Below the pieces are notes generated by a model. It had not been told where the DNA came from and did not search any database. It saw nothing but the letters and a program-made list of their open reading frames with translations. Positions 47,538 to 56,969 of a DNA stretch of 64,000 nucleotides are shown piece after piece. Both the position numbers and the translations under genes were made by a program. Location: the IMG/VR virus record IMGVR_UViG_3300044729_003839, positions 32,001-96,000 of that record, one strand, 5' to 3'. Position 1 is the first letter of the stretch, and each line of letters opens with the position of its first letter. Origin of the DNA: a virus.

Positions 47538-49097
47538 GCTCCCTCTTCCGAGTCTTCCCGTAACTCTTTGACTACCCCCAATATGATTGATTTGGGGGAG
47601 TTGAACTCTAGATCCCCCATGGGCAGCCTTGGCCGCCCCCATAATCTCATCCCTATACACCCTTAAACCCATGACAAAAGCGTCGACAAAATCATCATTC
47701 TTTGAGTAAGGAAAAGCGCACAGCTCTGACATTAATTCACCGAGCTTGGGAATTTCTGAATATATCGAAACTCGACCGTCTTCCGCCACGGGAGCCACTT
47801 CATTCGCCCTCATAATCTTATCTTTGGTTGGGATTACCTCCTTCACCGGAATCTGTAATTCTTTGCGAAGCATTTGTATCAAAGGAAGTCCACTAGCCCT
47901 GCTCTCGATATAAATAGCCCTTACTTTCCAGGTTTTCAACCACAGCGGCATCACCTTTAACAAGTCAGGAAACTCCATATGTTCTTTATAAACATTAATA
48001 AGGTGTAATTTCCTTGTCTTTTTAACAACCCCAAACACGCACACAACCGAGTAATCGTTCATCTCTTTTTCTTTAAGGGCAGTATCGGCAGTTGCGAATA
48101 CAAACTCGTATTGTTGACGATTTTTCTCATGCTGCTCGAACCAAGAGTGTTTGAAAATCGAACCGCTAGCGCCCTTAGGCCTACCTAGATATAGCGTTTC
48201 AAAGGTGTTTTTGTCCTGCTTTTCAATAGCTTTTAGTTCTTCTACAGGGAAAAATTCCGGCCAATGCGATTCACCTAACTTTCTTCCTATAGGGTCGTTT
48301 TCCTCATCAAGGCACAAAGCGGGCACATTTAGCTCTAGCCAACCTTCCGGGTCACTTGATAGCAATCTGCCGATAACATCTTCCACGTGGAATCTAGTTC
48401 CCATCGACATAACACAGTTATTTGGTAAACCTCTAGTAAGGAACTGAGTCGCAGTCCAGGCAAAAGTCGATTCAAGTACTTGTAGTGAATTACCGTCTTC
48501 AAGTAAATCGTCTAAGATGCCGATACCTGGTAAATCTTCTTCGCTAATTACACCGAATCCAAAGCCGGTTACGCCGGACCCTGCACTAGCAGACATTATA
48601 ATTCCCCCTTGACCAGTTCTCATAGTCTTAAGGTTACAGTCTTTTTTATTAATACTGCATTCAGGAAATATCCATTTAAACGTATCGCTTGTAATATAAC
48701 TCAATATCGCCCTGGAGTTCTCGTGCGTGAGCTTAAGACCATAAGACGCCATGATGAATTGAGCGCTGGGGCTACGTCCTAGCTGCCAACTCGGCATTAA
48801 TTTAGATATAAGCATACTTTTGCCGCTCCTAGGCGGCAATGATATAGTCGTTCGTTTGTAATTTGGATTGCCATCGCAAATATTCTGAACATAGTCACAT
48901 ATTAACTCGTGTACTTTATACGGGACGAATACGCCGCTGTTTGTGACTTCTCTTGTAATAACTCTAGCGTAGGTAATAAATTCCGTGCGGCACTTTAGCC
49001 GAAGCAGTTCTTTTCTCTCCTCCTGGCTCAAACTCTCAACTTTCAGCATCATCTCTTTGACAAGAGATTTCTCTTTCGCCAATTGGCTCTTATTCAC
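47517..49097 (-). CDS. terL: Terminase large subunit
   Basis: ISLPPRSGKS Walker A, GILDDLL Walker B, MGTRFHVEDVIG, nuclease DTA..NDYSV, IE..ASG..LIQ, FP..KNDDFVDA. Confidence 0.95.
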   Translation of the reverse strand: MNKSQLAKEKSLVKEMMLKVESLSQEERKELLRLKCRTEFITYARVITREVTNSGVFVPYKVHELICDYVQNICDGNPNYKRTTISLPPRSGKSMLISKLMPSWQLGRSPSAQFIMASYGLKLTHENSRAILSYITSDTFKWIFPECSINKKDCNLKTMRTGQGGIIMSASAGSGVTGFGFGVISEEDLPGIGILDDLLEDGNSLQVLESTFAWTATQFLTRGLPNNCVMSMGTRFHVEDVIGRLLSSDPEGWLELNVPALCLDEENDPIGRKLGESHWPEFFPVEELKAIEKQDKNTFETLYLGRPKGASGSIFKHSWFEQHEKNRQQYEFVFATADTALKEKEMNDYSVVCVFGVVKKTRKLHLINVYKEHMEFPDLLKVMPLWLKTWKVRAIYIESRASGLPLIQMLRKELQIPVKEVIPTKDKIMRANEVAPVAEDGRVSIYSEIPKLGELMSELCAFPYSKNDDFVDAFVMGLRVYRDEIMGAAKAAHGGSRVQLPQINHIGGSQRVTGRLGRGSLPTQYL

Positions 49098-52000
49098 AGT
49101 CGGTTTCTCCGCTCTCCCTCGCTTTCAACTCTTCGTACAGTGAAGTGCGTTCTTGCCCGGGGAATACAAACCCGTCCGGGAAAACGGTCCCAGCAGGCAG
49201 CAAAGTACCGGACGGTAGTGCTACACCTGTTGGTAGCGAAGACCCTTCGGGGAATACGGTGCCATCCGGAATAACAAACCCTTCGGGCAATGGCAAATCT
49301 TGTGTAACAGTGCCGCCACTTGTTGGAGACTCATCACCCGCCCTTTGAATAAACGTATTCTTAAGAGTGTTGATTTGATTCGGAGACAGCACCTGATCGA
49401 TAGGCGGCTTGTTTTCTTGCAAATCGTCTACAATCTTCGAATCAAGCGAGATGGACAGGAATCTTGCCTCGTCAAATAGCGTGCGTTCGTTGGGGAAGAC
49501 AATTGGCAGCGGCGGATTGTAAAGTCCGAGCTTAACAGGAGTTCCCAAGCCTGGAGTCATCGTCTCCCATTCAAGATGAGCAGGCCTTATACCGCCCTCC
49601 ATAATCTTAGTAGTCTCGATCTTGTTCTTTTCGTACAGCCCAGCAAGACCCGGAATATTAGCTAACGCCAGTCCGATTAACGGGGTAACGTTAACACCGA
49701 TCCTCGGGCCGTCTTTAACCAGGTCGAGGGTTTTGACAAACCGGTATATAGACTGCAAGGCCTGGGAATTCTCCCTAACATCGATTATAAGCTGCTCGAG
49801 AATAGCGGTTTCTGGCCCCGGCTTCCAGAATATATTCTGCAGCGTATTATACCCGGAGTCTATAAGTCGCCTTTCAACCGATTCAATGCGGGTAATATTA
49901 TTATCCGCCATTTTGAACCCTTTTTCCACGTTTTCAAACGTGTAAGCAAATTCCGCCTCTTTCTCCGCCTCGTCCGCATAACGAGATTCATAGAACTTCT
50001 CCGCCATGTTTACAAGACGCTGCGACCCGTATATCATCTGGGTCAAGTCACTTGTGTTAGGAGGGATTAGATTTTTACCAACTAGAGTAGGAGTAAGTCC
50101 CAAGTCAAATGCTACGTCTCCGACATTGTTTGGTAAACAAAAACCTGTGGGACAATAGGCATTGGCATTTACACTCGTCAAAGCACCACACGGATCGAGC
50201 AATTTCTGGCCGTCCGTATCGACTCCATGTGCAACTTTGCGACACTTAGGATCGCAAGGACAGTTACCGCCCGCCCCACCAAACAACGAGGACAATGCTC
50301 CAATCCCAAACAGCGCAGTTGATATTGGGTTGAACCCGCCCCCTACAAGAGCGGCAAGCCCGTTAAAGCCTATGCCACCCCCCAGGCCGCCAAACAGCGA
50401 CTGCACTGCGTTGCCAATGCCCAGCGCACCCATGGCTGTGCTAGCGAGAAACGGTAACGATCCCAAGGAGCCTGGCGCCATCGGCATTCCGGCCAAATTA
50501 CTGAACTGGTTGAACATTTGCCCCATTGGCCCCAGGGCCCCACCCCCAATCAACGAGGCGGTAGAGGACAGGATCTGAGGCGTTATTGCGTTCCTGCCGA
50601 GCAGCGAGTTAAACGTACCGGAAACAGCGGCGGTCAGCCCTCCCCCGGACGCGGTGTTAAGAATATTTCCTAAGGCGGTGGGATACCCCGCGAGCACGTT
50701 CCTGGCGATTCCGACAACCGGCTGGACGTACTTGTTCACCTCAGGGGGGAGTTTACTCAGCCCGAGGATAGTGGCTGTATCAATCGCGCCCCAGACTCCT
50801 CCAGACATCAAGCCGGTCATTACCGACGCGGTCTGCGGACTTAACGAAAGCAGCGAATTTCTTAAGGCGTTTTGGCCGATATTTACCAGGGCTTGGTCAA
50901 CCGTGCCCCCAACAACCCCGTTAGTTAACACTCTGCCCGCATCACCTATGCCCGTTAATAGTTGTGCAGTTTCAAACGAAAGTTTTCCATCTCTATCTAG
51001 CTCTTGACGCAACGTGTTAGTTAAAGTGTCGACAGGAACCCCGAGTCTGCGGTTCATCGCCTCTCTCGCAGCGGTAGACAATACCTGCGCGCCGTTAAAC
51101 GCCTGAGCCGGTAACAGCCCCGCCAGTTGCAATGCGTTCCTAAGGGCCGGATCTGTATTAGTCAAAGGGATGTTAGAGATTACGGTATCGAAGATTGTTT
51201 CAATAATCTCTGGTTCCTTGAGCCAATCGAACCCGCCCTCTTCAAGTGCGGGCACCGGCCCATACCCATCCAGAAATTCCACCTTAGTAAGCGGTTTATC
51301 CTTTTTGTGAAACTTGTGCGGGAGTCTTTTACCCTCCTTCACCCACCTCATAAGCCCTTGATATCTCAAACATTTTACAATTTCCGAGTTGTTTCCATCG
51401 TCTACAACCGCCTCCATGCCGTGCAATTTCTCTGAGCAAGTAGGCAAAGTGGTTCTGAAGAATACAGGAGGAGAGGATTCCGGGATCCAGCCAAACTCGC
51501 CGTTCTCATCCCTTCTGCAGACCATGCTTGTCGTTCTGAATCCCCTATCCTCAGAAAAGTCGTGCTTCTCGCCAAGCAGTGACTCAGTACACTCCGGTAT
51601 TCCCGGATTTCTCAACTGCGCTTGCTCGATCGGGATTGTGGTTTCGTTCCCCGGGTTAATACCCTTTTCGATCCAAAGCCCGTTGGTCAGGGATTTCCAC
51701 GCCCAAGCCGGTTTATTACCAACTTGAGGGCTACTCCGCCTAAGACAGACAACAACATCTTGATTGATTTCGTTACTCAGTATATACGTGCGCCCCTCGT
51801 TCTCTTTGTTACAAGTCATTCCCGGATCAGAAGATCCATTCCAGACCGCCATGCTCTCATCGATTATAGGAAGCTGAAACGGCGACCCATTCAACCCCAC
51901 GTCCTTGTCATTCTTAACAATACCGATGACATACATATTCTCGCTTCGGCCATTTGTCTTACCAACCAAGACGTTCGAGCCGATATATCTCGAGCTTAAC

Positions 52001-52209
52001 GTGCCGCTACTCGAACCGGACACAGGGATCCATTTAGAGGTGAATCCGTCGTCCGTAGTGACCTTGACCCTGCCAAGCCTTTTGGGATCGTTAACATCAA
52101 TGATTACCGCTTCTTCGTTAAAGGGGTCGGCAAAAGGCACACCTAACGTTTCGACAATCCTGCTTTGCGCTCGGGCCATCACCCCGGCATGTTTAAAAAA
52201 CTCGCTCAT
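49090..52209 (-). CDS. Baseplate spike (gp5/gpV OB-fold N-terminus) with long extension
   Basis: VIIDVNDPKRLGRVKV...SKWI is the gp5/VgrG OB-fold signature; lies in the baseplate operon. Confidence 0.72.
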   Translation of the reverse strand: MSEFFKHAGVMARAQSRIVETLGVPFADPFNEEAVIIDVNDPKRLGRVKVTTDDGFTSKWIPVSGSSSGTLSSRYIGSNVLVGKTNGRSENMYVIGIVKNDKDVGLNGSPFQLPIIDESMAVWNGSSDPGMTCNKENEGRTYILSNEINQDVVVCLRRSSPQVGNKPAWAWKSLTNGLWIEKGINPGNETTIPIEQAQLRNPGIPECTESLLGEKHDFSEDRGFRTTSMVCRRDENGEFGWIPESSPPVFFRTTLPTCSEKLHGMEAVVDDGNNSEIVKCLRYQGLMRWVKEGKRLPHKFHKKDKPLTKVEFLDGYGPVPALEEGGFDWLKEPEIIETIFDTVISNIPLTNTDPALRNALQLAGLLPAQAFNGAQVLSTAAREAMNRRLGVPVDTLTNTLRQELDRDGKLSFETAQLLTGIGDAGRVLTNGVVGGTVDQALVNIGQNALRNSLLSLSPQTASVMTGLMSGGVWGAIDTATILGLSKLPPEVNKYVQPVVGIARNVLAGYPTALGNILNTASGGGLTAAVSGTFNSLLGRNAITPQILSSTASLIGGGALGPMGQMFNQFSNLAGMPMAPGSLGSLPFLASTAMGALGIGNAVQSLFGGLGGGIGFNGLAALVGGGFNPISTALFGIGALSSLFGGAGGNCPCDPKCRKVAHGVDTDGQKLLDPCGALTSVNANAYCPTGFCLPNNVGDVAFDLGLTPTLVGKNLIPPNTSDLTQMIYGSQRLVNMAEKFYESRYADEAEKEAEFAYTFENVEKGFKMADNNITRIESVERRLIDSGYNTLQNIFWKPGPETAILEQLIIDVRENSQALQSIYRFVKTLDLVKDGPRIGVNVTPLIGLALANIPGLAGLYEKNKIETTKIMEGGIRPAHLEWETMTPGLGTPVKLGLYNPPLPIVFPNERTLFDEARFLSISLDSKIVDDLQENKPPIDQVLSPNQINTLKNTFIQRAGDESPTSGGTVTQDLPLPEGFVIPDGTVFPEGSSLPTGVALPSGTLLPAGTVFPDGFVFPGQERTSLYEELKARESGETDCE
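49121..49129 (-). promoter_or_regulatory. Putative late promoter box GTTGAAAGC (terL)
   Basis: GTTGAAAGC-GAGGG-A before GTG 49097. Confidence 0.7.
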
Positions 52210-54098
52210 GACTCTATTTCAAAAAATACATCCTCAGCCACTAGCAAATCAGCTACAGGGTACCCGTACTGCAGCTTTTTATCGGCCGTAGCGGTCATCC
52301 AGTTATCCATTATACTCCTAGCGGCATCCCAAGTCCTCCCGTCCCTGTTATAATAAAACGGCATTCTTATAACAATAGTGTTCGACAAGTTAACGTCTCG
52401 GCAAACAGCCATGCCTGCAACTAGCTGATTGGCGTACATCCCCACCTCGGCGTCTTGCTCGGTCCCCACATGAATAACGTCCCAGACAACGGGCAAGTTA
52501 ACCGGAGCGTTGGATTCTGCCTGCCTAAGCCCGCTTCTTACCCTATACGATCCATCTCCGTCCTGAACAAACTCCTCACCACTTACCGCCTTTATATTAA
52601 AAGCCCAGAACATGAACAATACGGACAGTAAAGAGCCCCTGGCTGGGATAAGTCCTGGCCATTGACTAATGTCTATCACCAAGTCAGAGACCACACTCTC
52701 CTCAACAAAATCGCTATCACCATTAAAGGTCTTTTTCCTGTATCGAGCAATGGTACTGGTACCTTGAAGTACTTCGATCTGTGATAAATCCAGTCTTCTT
52801 AAACTGTCTTCTTCCGGGTCTAGAGTCCATAAGCCGCCTTCGGGCAAATCATTCTTATGAGCATTCCTTAAAAGCAAGCGTTTGAACGGGGAATCCCATT
52901 CCAAGTTCCACATCTCGCCGATAAAACCCATGTGCTGAGCGATCCAGTCCAGGTTTAGCGGATAGCAAGTTTCCGGGTCGAGAAAATTATTATAAAACCA
53001 GTCTATTCGCGTCTTGGAATCGCTGAGTTCCATATCCGAGCCGGAAGTCAGCCATTTTGCAACATCCGAATCACTGTCTTCGTTATTATACGCCCCGGAC
53101 ACACCAGGAAGCCTGTTATACACAGGCCGGGAAATCTGACCGTCTATTGTAATCGCAGGCAGTCGGAAAGAGCTTAGCGCGAATTGCACTGCTCTTTGAT
53201 ACAACAAGCCCAACACATTATAAGATTCTGCTACAAACTCTCTATTCGTAAGATTTTCTCTGTCATCCCAAAGCTCATCTAATCCTGCAGCTATAAATTC
53301 AGACCATGCTAATGGCAAAGACTCTGTGACAGAGTTGAATACCCGGTCGTAAGTCTTTCTCTCGAGTGGCACGGTGGCAAGTATATCGCTGCTGAGTATA
53401 AGGCGGACAAATATATCTAACGAATCCTGGAAGGAGGTTGGGGAGAGAAATTTTACTACTCTCCTTGTAAAACTCTCTTCCGAATACGTACTTGGCGGCA
53501 AATATACTGTCGAGTAGACACTAGCCACTTTGTCAACATTTACCGATTCATTTGTTCCTGGGAGTGGAAACACTCCCCGTGAAACAGACAAAGTCTCTAC
53601 AACCTCTTCACCGTATAAATAGTAGTATAGGTCGGGAACAGTATACGACTCGTATCTCCATTTGCCCTGTTCTTCATTGATCAGTTTTCCAATAACGCAC
53701 TTTCCCACTTCACACTCAGTATTACTTGCACCATCGCTGCAACTCATCCCGGCCATGGCGCAGTTTTCTAAGCCATTTGGGACGGGTACTCCATGTGCCA
53801 AGACTTCTACTTCATCAGACAGGAGAACAGGAATGGTATGAACATGCGAAATACTTCTGTATTTGTACTCGGACAGAGTCTTCTGGTCATACTCCCTTTG
53901 AATTACCTCGTCTCTTGCCCGGTTCCTGCTTTGGCCGTCTTGGGTGAACTCCACTTGGCCGATTACATGCTGAAATATTTTACTCCTCGCTCTGTCATTG
54001 GCGAACTGGAAGTTCACACGAGCCGGATTAAGGGCAAAAGCCGGAGACTTTCCCCTTTTGCTTGATTTACGATCCCAAGAACTATTAGACGATATCAT
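52206..54098 (-). CDS. Baseplate wedge protein (P2 gpI-like)
   Basis: FLDPETC...LDWIAQHMG motif; directly downstream of baseplate J. Confidence 0.7.
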   Translation of the reverse strand: MISSNSSWDRKSSKRGKSPAFALNPARVNFQFANDRARSKIFQHVIGQVEFTQDGQSRNRARDEVIQREYDQKTLSEYKYRSISHVHTIPVLLSDEVEVLAHGVPVPNGLENCAMAGMSCSDGASNTECEVGKCVIGKLINEEQGKWRYESYTVPDLYYYLYGEEVVETLSVSRGVFPLPGTNESVNVDKVASVYSTVYLPPSTYSEESFTRRVVKFLSPTSFQDSLDIFVRLILSSDILATVPLERKTYDRVFNSVTESLPLAWSEFIAAGLDELWDDRENLTNREFVAESYNVLGLLYQRAVQFALSSFRLPAITIDGQISRPVYNRLPGVSGAYNNEDSDSDVAKWLTSGSDMELSDSKTRIDWFYNNFLDPETCYPLNLDWIAQHMGFIGEMWNLEWDSPFKRLLLRNAHKNDLPEGGLWTLDPEEDSLRRLDLSQIEVLQGTSTIARYRKKTFNGDSDFVEESVVSDLVIDISQWPGLIPARGSLLSVLFMFWAFNIKAVSGEEFVQDGDGSYRVRSGLRQAESNAPVNLPVVWDVIHVGTEQDAEVGMYANQLVAGMAVCRDVNLSNTIVIRMPFYYNRDGRTWDAARSIMDNWMTATADKKLQYGYPVADLLVAEDVFFEIES

Positions 54099-55386
54099 AT
54101 AAATTGTCGTACGTGTAAGTGATGGTAGTCGAGTCGATGACCGAGGTTAAAGAAACGATTGAGCGATAGAGTCTAAAGGCCGAAGTGCTGTTCGGGCATA
54201 TGAGGGACGAGGCAGACACTCTATCAACGAATTGGTTATAAGTGTACGAGCATGTTAGCGTTTCTTCGTCTTCCGTACCGAGAAATCTACCACAAACTCC
54301 ATCCGTATTCCCGGTAATCTCCGGATCCAACGCCATTTCTTTAAGGTCGAGAATAGGGATATCTTGGACGAAGTCCAGGGCTAACACTTGCCGGGAAACA
54401 TCAGTATAAGAGACGTTGGTCCCTAACCCTAGACTAGACGGAGAGAAAATACCTTTTAATAAATCGTTTACTTGTGAAGCTAAAGTATCACTAAAAGTTG
54501 TAGTAATTCTCGGATTCCAAGATATACTCACCACGACCTCAACTGGTAGAATAGTTGGAGGTGTAAGAAACAGTTTAACATCGATAGGGGTTCGGTCTCT
54601 AAGCGATGTTAACAAGACGGATTGAGTCGCAGTAGTCAAAGGCGAGCCGTCCTCTCCCCCCGCCACTATAAAAATCCCACGATTATTCTCTACATCGTCT
54701 TGAAACCTCTCCTCATAGGGCAATACCTCGACAATTGATGCTTCAGGTGCTATTGCTCTGACTTCAGACCTGTAATCTTCTCTCGATGTAAGGTTTCTCC
54801 GCCCCAGCAATTCAAAAGCCCGGATCTTCATCTGATCAACGGTTTCAAGATCCGTACCGCCCGATGCCGGTTCGAGATTAGTAATGAAATCGAGCCCGAG
54901 GAAATTTCGCTCGACGCGGGTAATTTCATCCTGCGCTACGTTATAAACTTCCCCCCAACGCTCGGATTGTACCGTGCCAACAGCGCTTTGGTCGACAATT
55001 TGCACTTGATCCAACAAGATGTAGGATTGGCCGCTTCTGGCGAACACCCTCGTCCCACCTGGTATAGTCACAGGCCTGCTATATCCCGGAACCTTGTAAA
55101 AGGTTACTTCAGCCAATGCCCTAGATCCCAGCTTTCTTTGGACACCCAGACTCCTAAGCCATTGCAACGTAACAGCCTCGGGCAAAGTATTCAAATAGTA
55201 TAGAAGTTCGGCTTGGGCGAACCCTTGGCCCTCGCTTATCGCGGACAAAGGCGAGGCGGGGGTAAAATCATTAAGCGTCCCGTCCGACTCGATAAACATT
55301 CGAGTCTGTATAGCTCGGACGATGTCTCCTACATTCCTATTATCAAGCTGCAGAGGCAGTATTGGTGCGAATATCTCTAATGCCAT
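54085..55386 (-). CDS. Baseplate J-like protein
   Basis: LDNRN, NDFTPASPL, VTIPGGT, ITNLEPASGGTDLET, RNLTSREDY motifs. Confidence 0.9.
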   Translation of the reverse strand: MALEIFAPILPLQLDNRNVGDIVRAIQTRMFIESDGTLNDFTPASPLSAISEGQGFAQAELLYYLNTLPEAVTLQWLRSLGVQRKLGSRALAEVTFYKVPGYSRPVTIPGGTRVFARSGQSYILLDQVQIVDQSAVGTVQSERWGEVYNVAQDEITRVERNFLGLDFITNLEPASGGTDLETVDQMKIRAFELLGRRNLTSREDYRSEVRAIAPEASIVEVLPYEERFQDDVENNRGIFIVAGGEDGSPLTTATQSVLLTSLRDRTPIDVKLFLTPPTILPVEVVVSISWNPRITTTFSDTLASQVNDLLKGIFSPSSLGLGTNVSYTDVSRQVLALDFVQDIPILDLKEMALDPEITGNTDGVCGRFLGTEDEETLTCSYTYNQFVDRVSASSLICPNSTSAFRLYRSIVSLTSVIDSTTITYTYDNLYDIV

Positions 55387-55394
55387 AACTTATA

Positions 55395-56399
55395 TCAAAA
55401 GGTTGTAGTACGGGTTCTTTGCGAGAATGGGAGTCCTCTGCCCGGGTCAGAGTTCTCCGTATCCTTTAACGGGGTGATGAAATCGCCGTTAGAATTAATT
55501 TCAGGTTGATAGGTAGTATAACCGTTAATCTCCACCACAAGCTTCGCCACATCAACAGCGTACATTTTCTGGTCAGCAGGACTTAATGCTCCGATGCCAG
55601 TAAAGTCTCGAATCGTGCCGATAGTCCCCAGGCCAGCCAGAGAGCGAGACACGTTCCTCGCCTCTTGGACATCACTTAATGAGAGAAGAGAGTCTAATCC
55701 CGGCCTGAGCAGCGATTCCAAAGGACTGGTAGTAGCGTAACCGACATACCCTTCTGACAACGATTTAAGAATTGTGTCGGGAAGGTTCTGAGCCGTAGAC
55801 CCAGCCCCGGGCAAAGCGATACCGGCGAAATAATCTTCCGGAGTAAGATACCCTGTAGAGAATTCGACCCCTCTGTAATCAGATGTCAAACCGACCGAGT
55901 CGGAAAGCGGCAATAAAGAACCGGCTGGCAATTTGTCCGGCTTGCGTGCAGGCACTACAGATGCGAGATTAGAGTAAACTTCGAGATCGGGTATGATTTT
56001 TTTAAGCCTGTTGACAAGGCCGGGGCCGGAAATCCCGGGCACTTCTAGATAGTCAATAACACTGGACAATGACGTCTCATAACTAGACATCTCGCCATAT
56101 GATGTCAAGACGTTTTTGTGCAAATTACTGGCAACTTTGGCCAGGTTGTTTCCCGGCGTGTTTACGTACCTAGAAAACTCGCGATTAGTCTCATACTCTT
56201 GTTCAAGAGCAGAAAAGACTTTATCCTCGGTTAACGCTTGCTCGATCAACATGGCCGGGGTCATGCTGTTTACAATCCCTCCGACAGGCGAGTTCGCAAT
56301 TACCTGATTCGCTACTTCCGGGTATCTCTCGGGCGACCCGTAGGCGACCGAAGCAAGACCGGTAATTGTCGACCAGGAATCCGTGGCGTAAGTAGACAA
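55395..56399 (-). CDS. Baseplate protein with N-terminal LysM/gpX-like motif
   Basis: STITGLASVAYGSPERYPEV..N pattern; heads the baseplate operon. Confidence 0.55.
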   Translation of the reverse strand: MSTYATDSWSTITGLASVAYGSPERYPEVANQVIANSPVGGIVNSMTPAMLIEQALTEDKVFSALEQEYETNREFSRYVNTPGNNLAKVASNLHKNVLTSYGEMSSYETSLSSVIDYLEVPGISGPGLVNRLKKIIPDLEVYSNLASVVPARKPDKLPAGSLLPLSDSVGLTSDYRGVEFSTGYLTPEDYFAGIALPGAGSTAQNLPDTILKSLSEGYVGYATTSPLESLLRPGLDSLLSLSDVQEARNVSRSLAGLGTIGTIRDFTGIGALSPADQKMYAVDVAKLVVEINGYTTYQPEINSNGDFITPLKDTENSDPGRGLPFSQRTRTTTF

Positions 56400-56419
56400 G
56401 AATTTTTACCCTATAACTG

Positions 56420-56439
56420 GCTTTCAACTCGTTGAAGGC
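56420..56439. promoter_or_regulatory. Divergent pair of putative late promoter boxes
   Basis: GCTTTCAAC-tc-GTTGAAGGC; faces TTG 56399 (-) and ATG 56465 (+). Confidence 0.8.
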
Positions 56440-56464
56440 AAGGTGTATAGGAATTTATTTTCAA

Positions 56465-56950
56465 ATGGCAGAAGCGAGTATTCAGAACTTAAGTACGCCT
56501 TTGGCGAACGAAGAACCGTTTCTGGGGGACGGGGACGAAGGCGAGATTGTCACAAACACGGCAGACGGCAGAGCATGGGTCTTTGACCAGTCTGGATTCC
56601 CTGTCGAGTTAGGAGGCGCTTGCGTTAATAAACCGATCGCGGGTAACTTGTTCGCTGGCAACTACCTCGAACTTGACATCACCGATCCGGATAATTTACC
56701 CATTCCGAACACCGATCCGCTCCAGGTCAGGCCAGGAAATTACCGCGAAATACGGATTCTGGCAAGATTTGTAGGCGAACCGTTGACGACATTTTCCGCC
56801 TACTTCGACTACCCGGTTGACTGGGCAAGTGGAAACTCGTTAGACGATTATGCAGAAACAGGGGCCGAAGTCCTTATCGAGCTGAGTAGTTTTGGCCCTC
56901 GACCCGCTTGGATCGCAAGAGTACTGTGGGCGAAAGTCGTTGAAAGCTGA
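56465..56950 (+). CDS. Small fibre-associated protein
   Basis: GEIVTNTADGRAW fibre motif; ATG 56465 preferred because the track start lies inside the promoter box. Confidence 0.65.
   Translation: MAEASIQNLSTPLANEEPFLGDGDEGEIVTNTADGRAWVFDQSGFPVELGGACVNKPIAGNLFAGNYLELDITDPDNLPIPNTDPLQVRPGNYREIRILARFVGEPLTTFSAYFDYPVDWASGNSLDDYAETGAEVLIELSSFGPRPAWIARVLWAKVVES
56939..56947 (+). promoter_or_regulatory. Putative late promoter box GTTGAAAGC
   Basis: Encodes VES of the upstream gene; followed by TGAGT-A; GTG at 56970. Confidence 0.75.
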
Positions 56951-56969
56951 GTAGTAGTTTAAGCTTATT

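Noticed and set aside
47517-49097. Intein or intron in terL or other core genes
   Set aside because: terL, portal and phoH read as continuous ORFs with normally spaced motifs and no splicing or LAGLIDADG signatures.
219-56399. Extracellular contractile injection system or tailocin
   Set aside because: Portal, terminase and prohead protease show a DNA-packaging phage.
3077-56947. GTTGAAAG resembles the 3' end/8-nt handle of CRISPR repeats (e.g. cyanobacterial type V-K), suggesting an array or decoy repeats
   Set aside because: Copies are solitary and only 9 bp, with no conserved upstream hairpin, no regular spacers and no cas genes. Their orientation before start codons fits a promoter much better.
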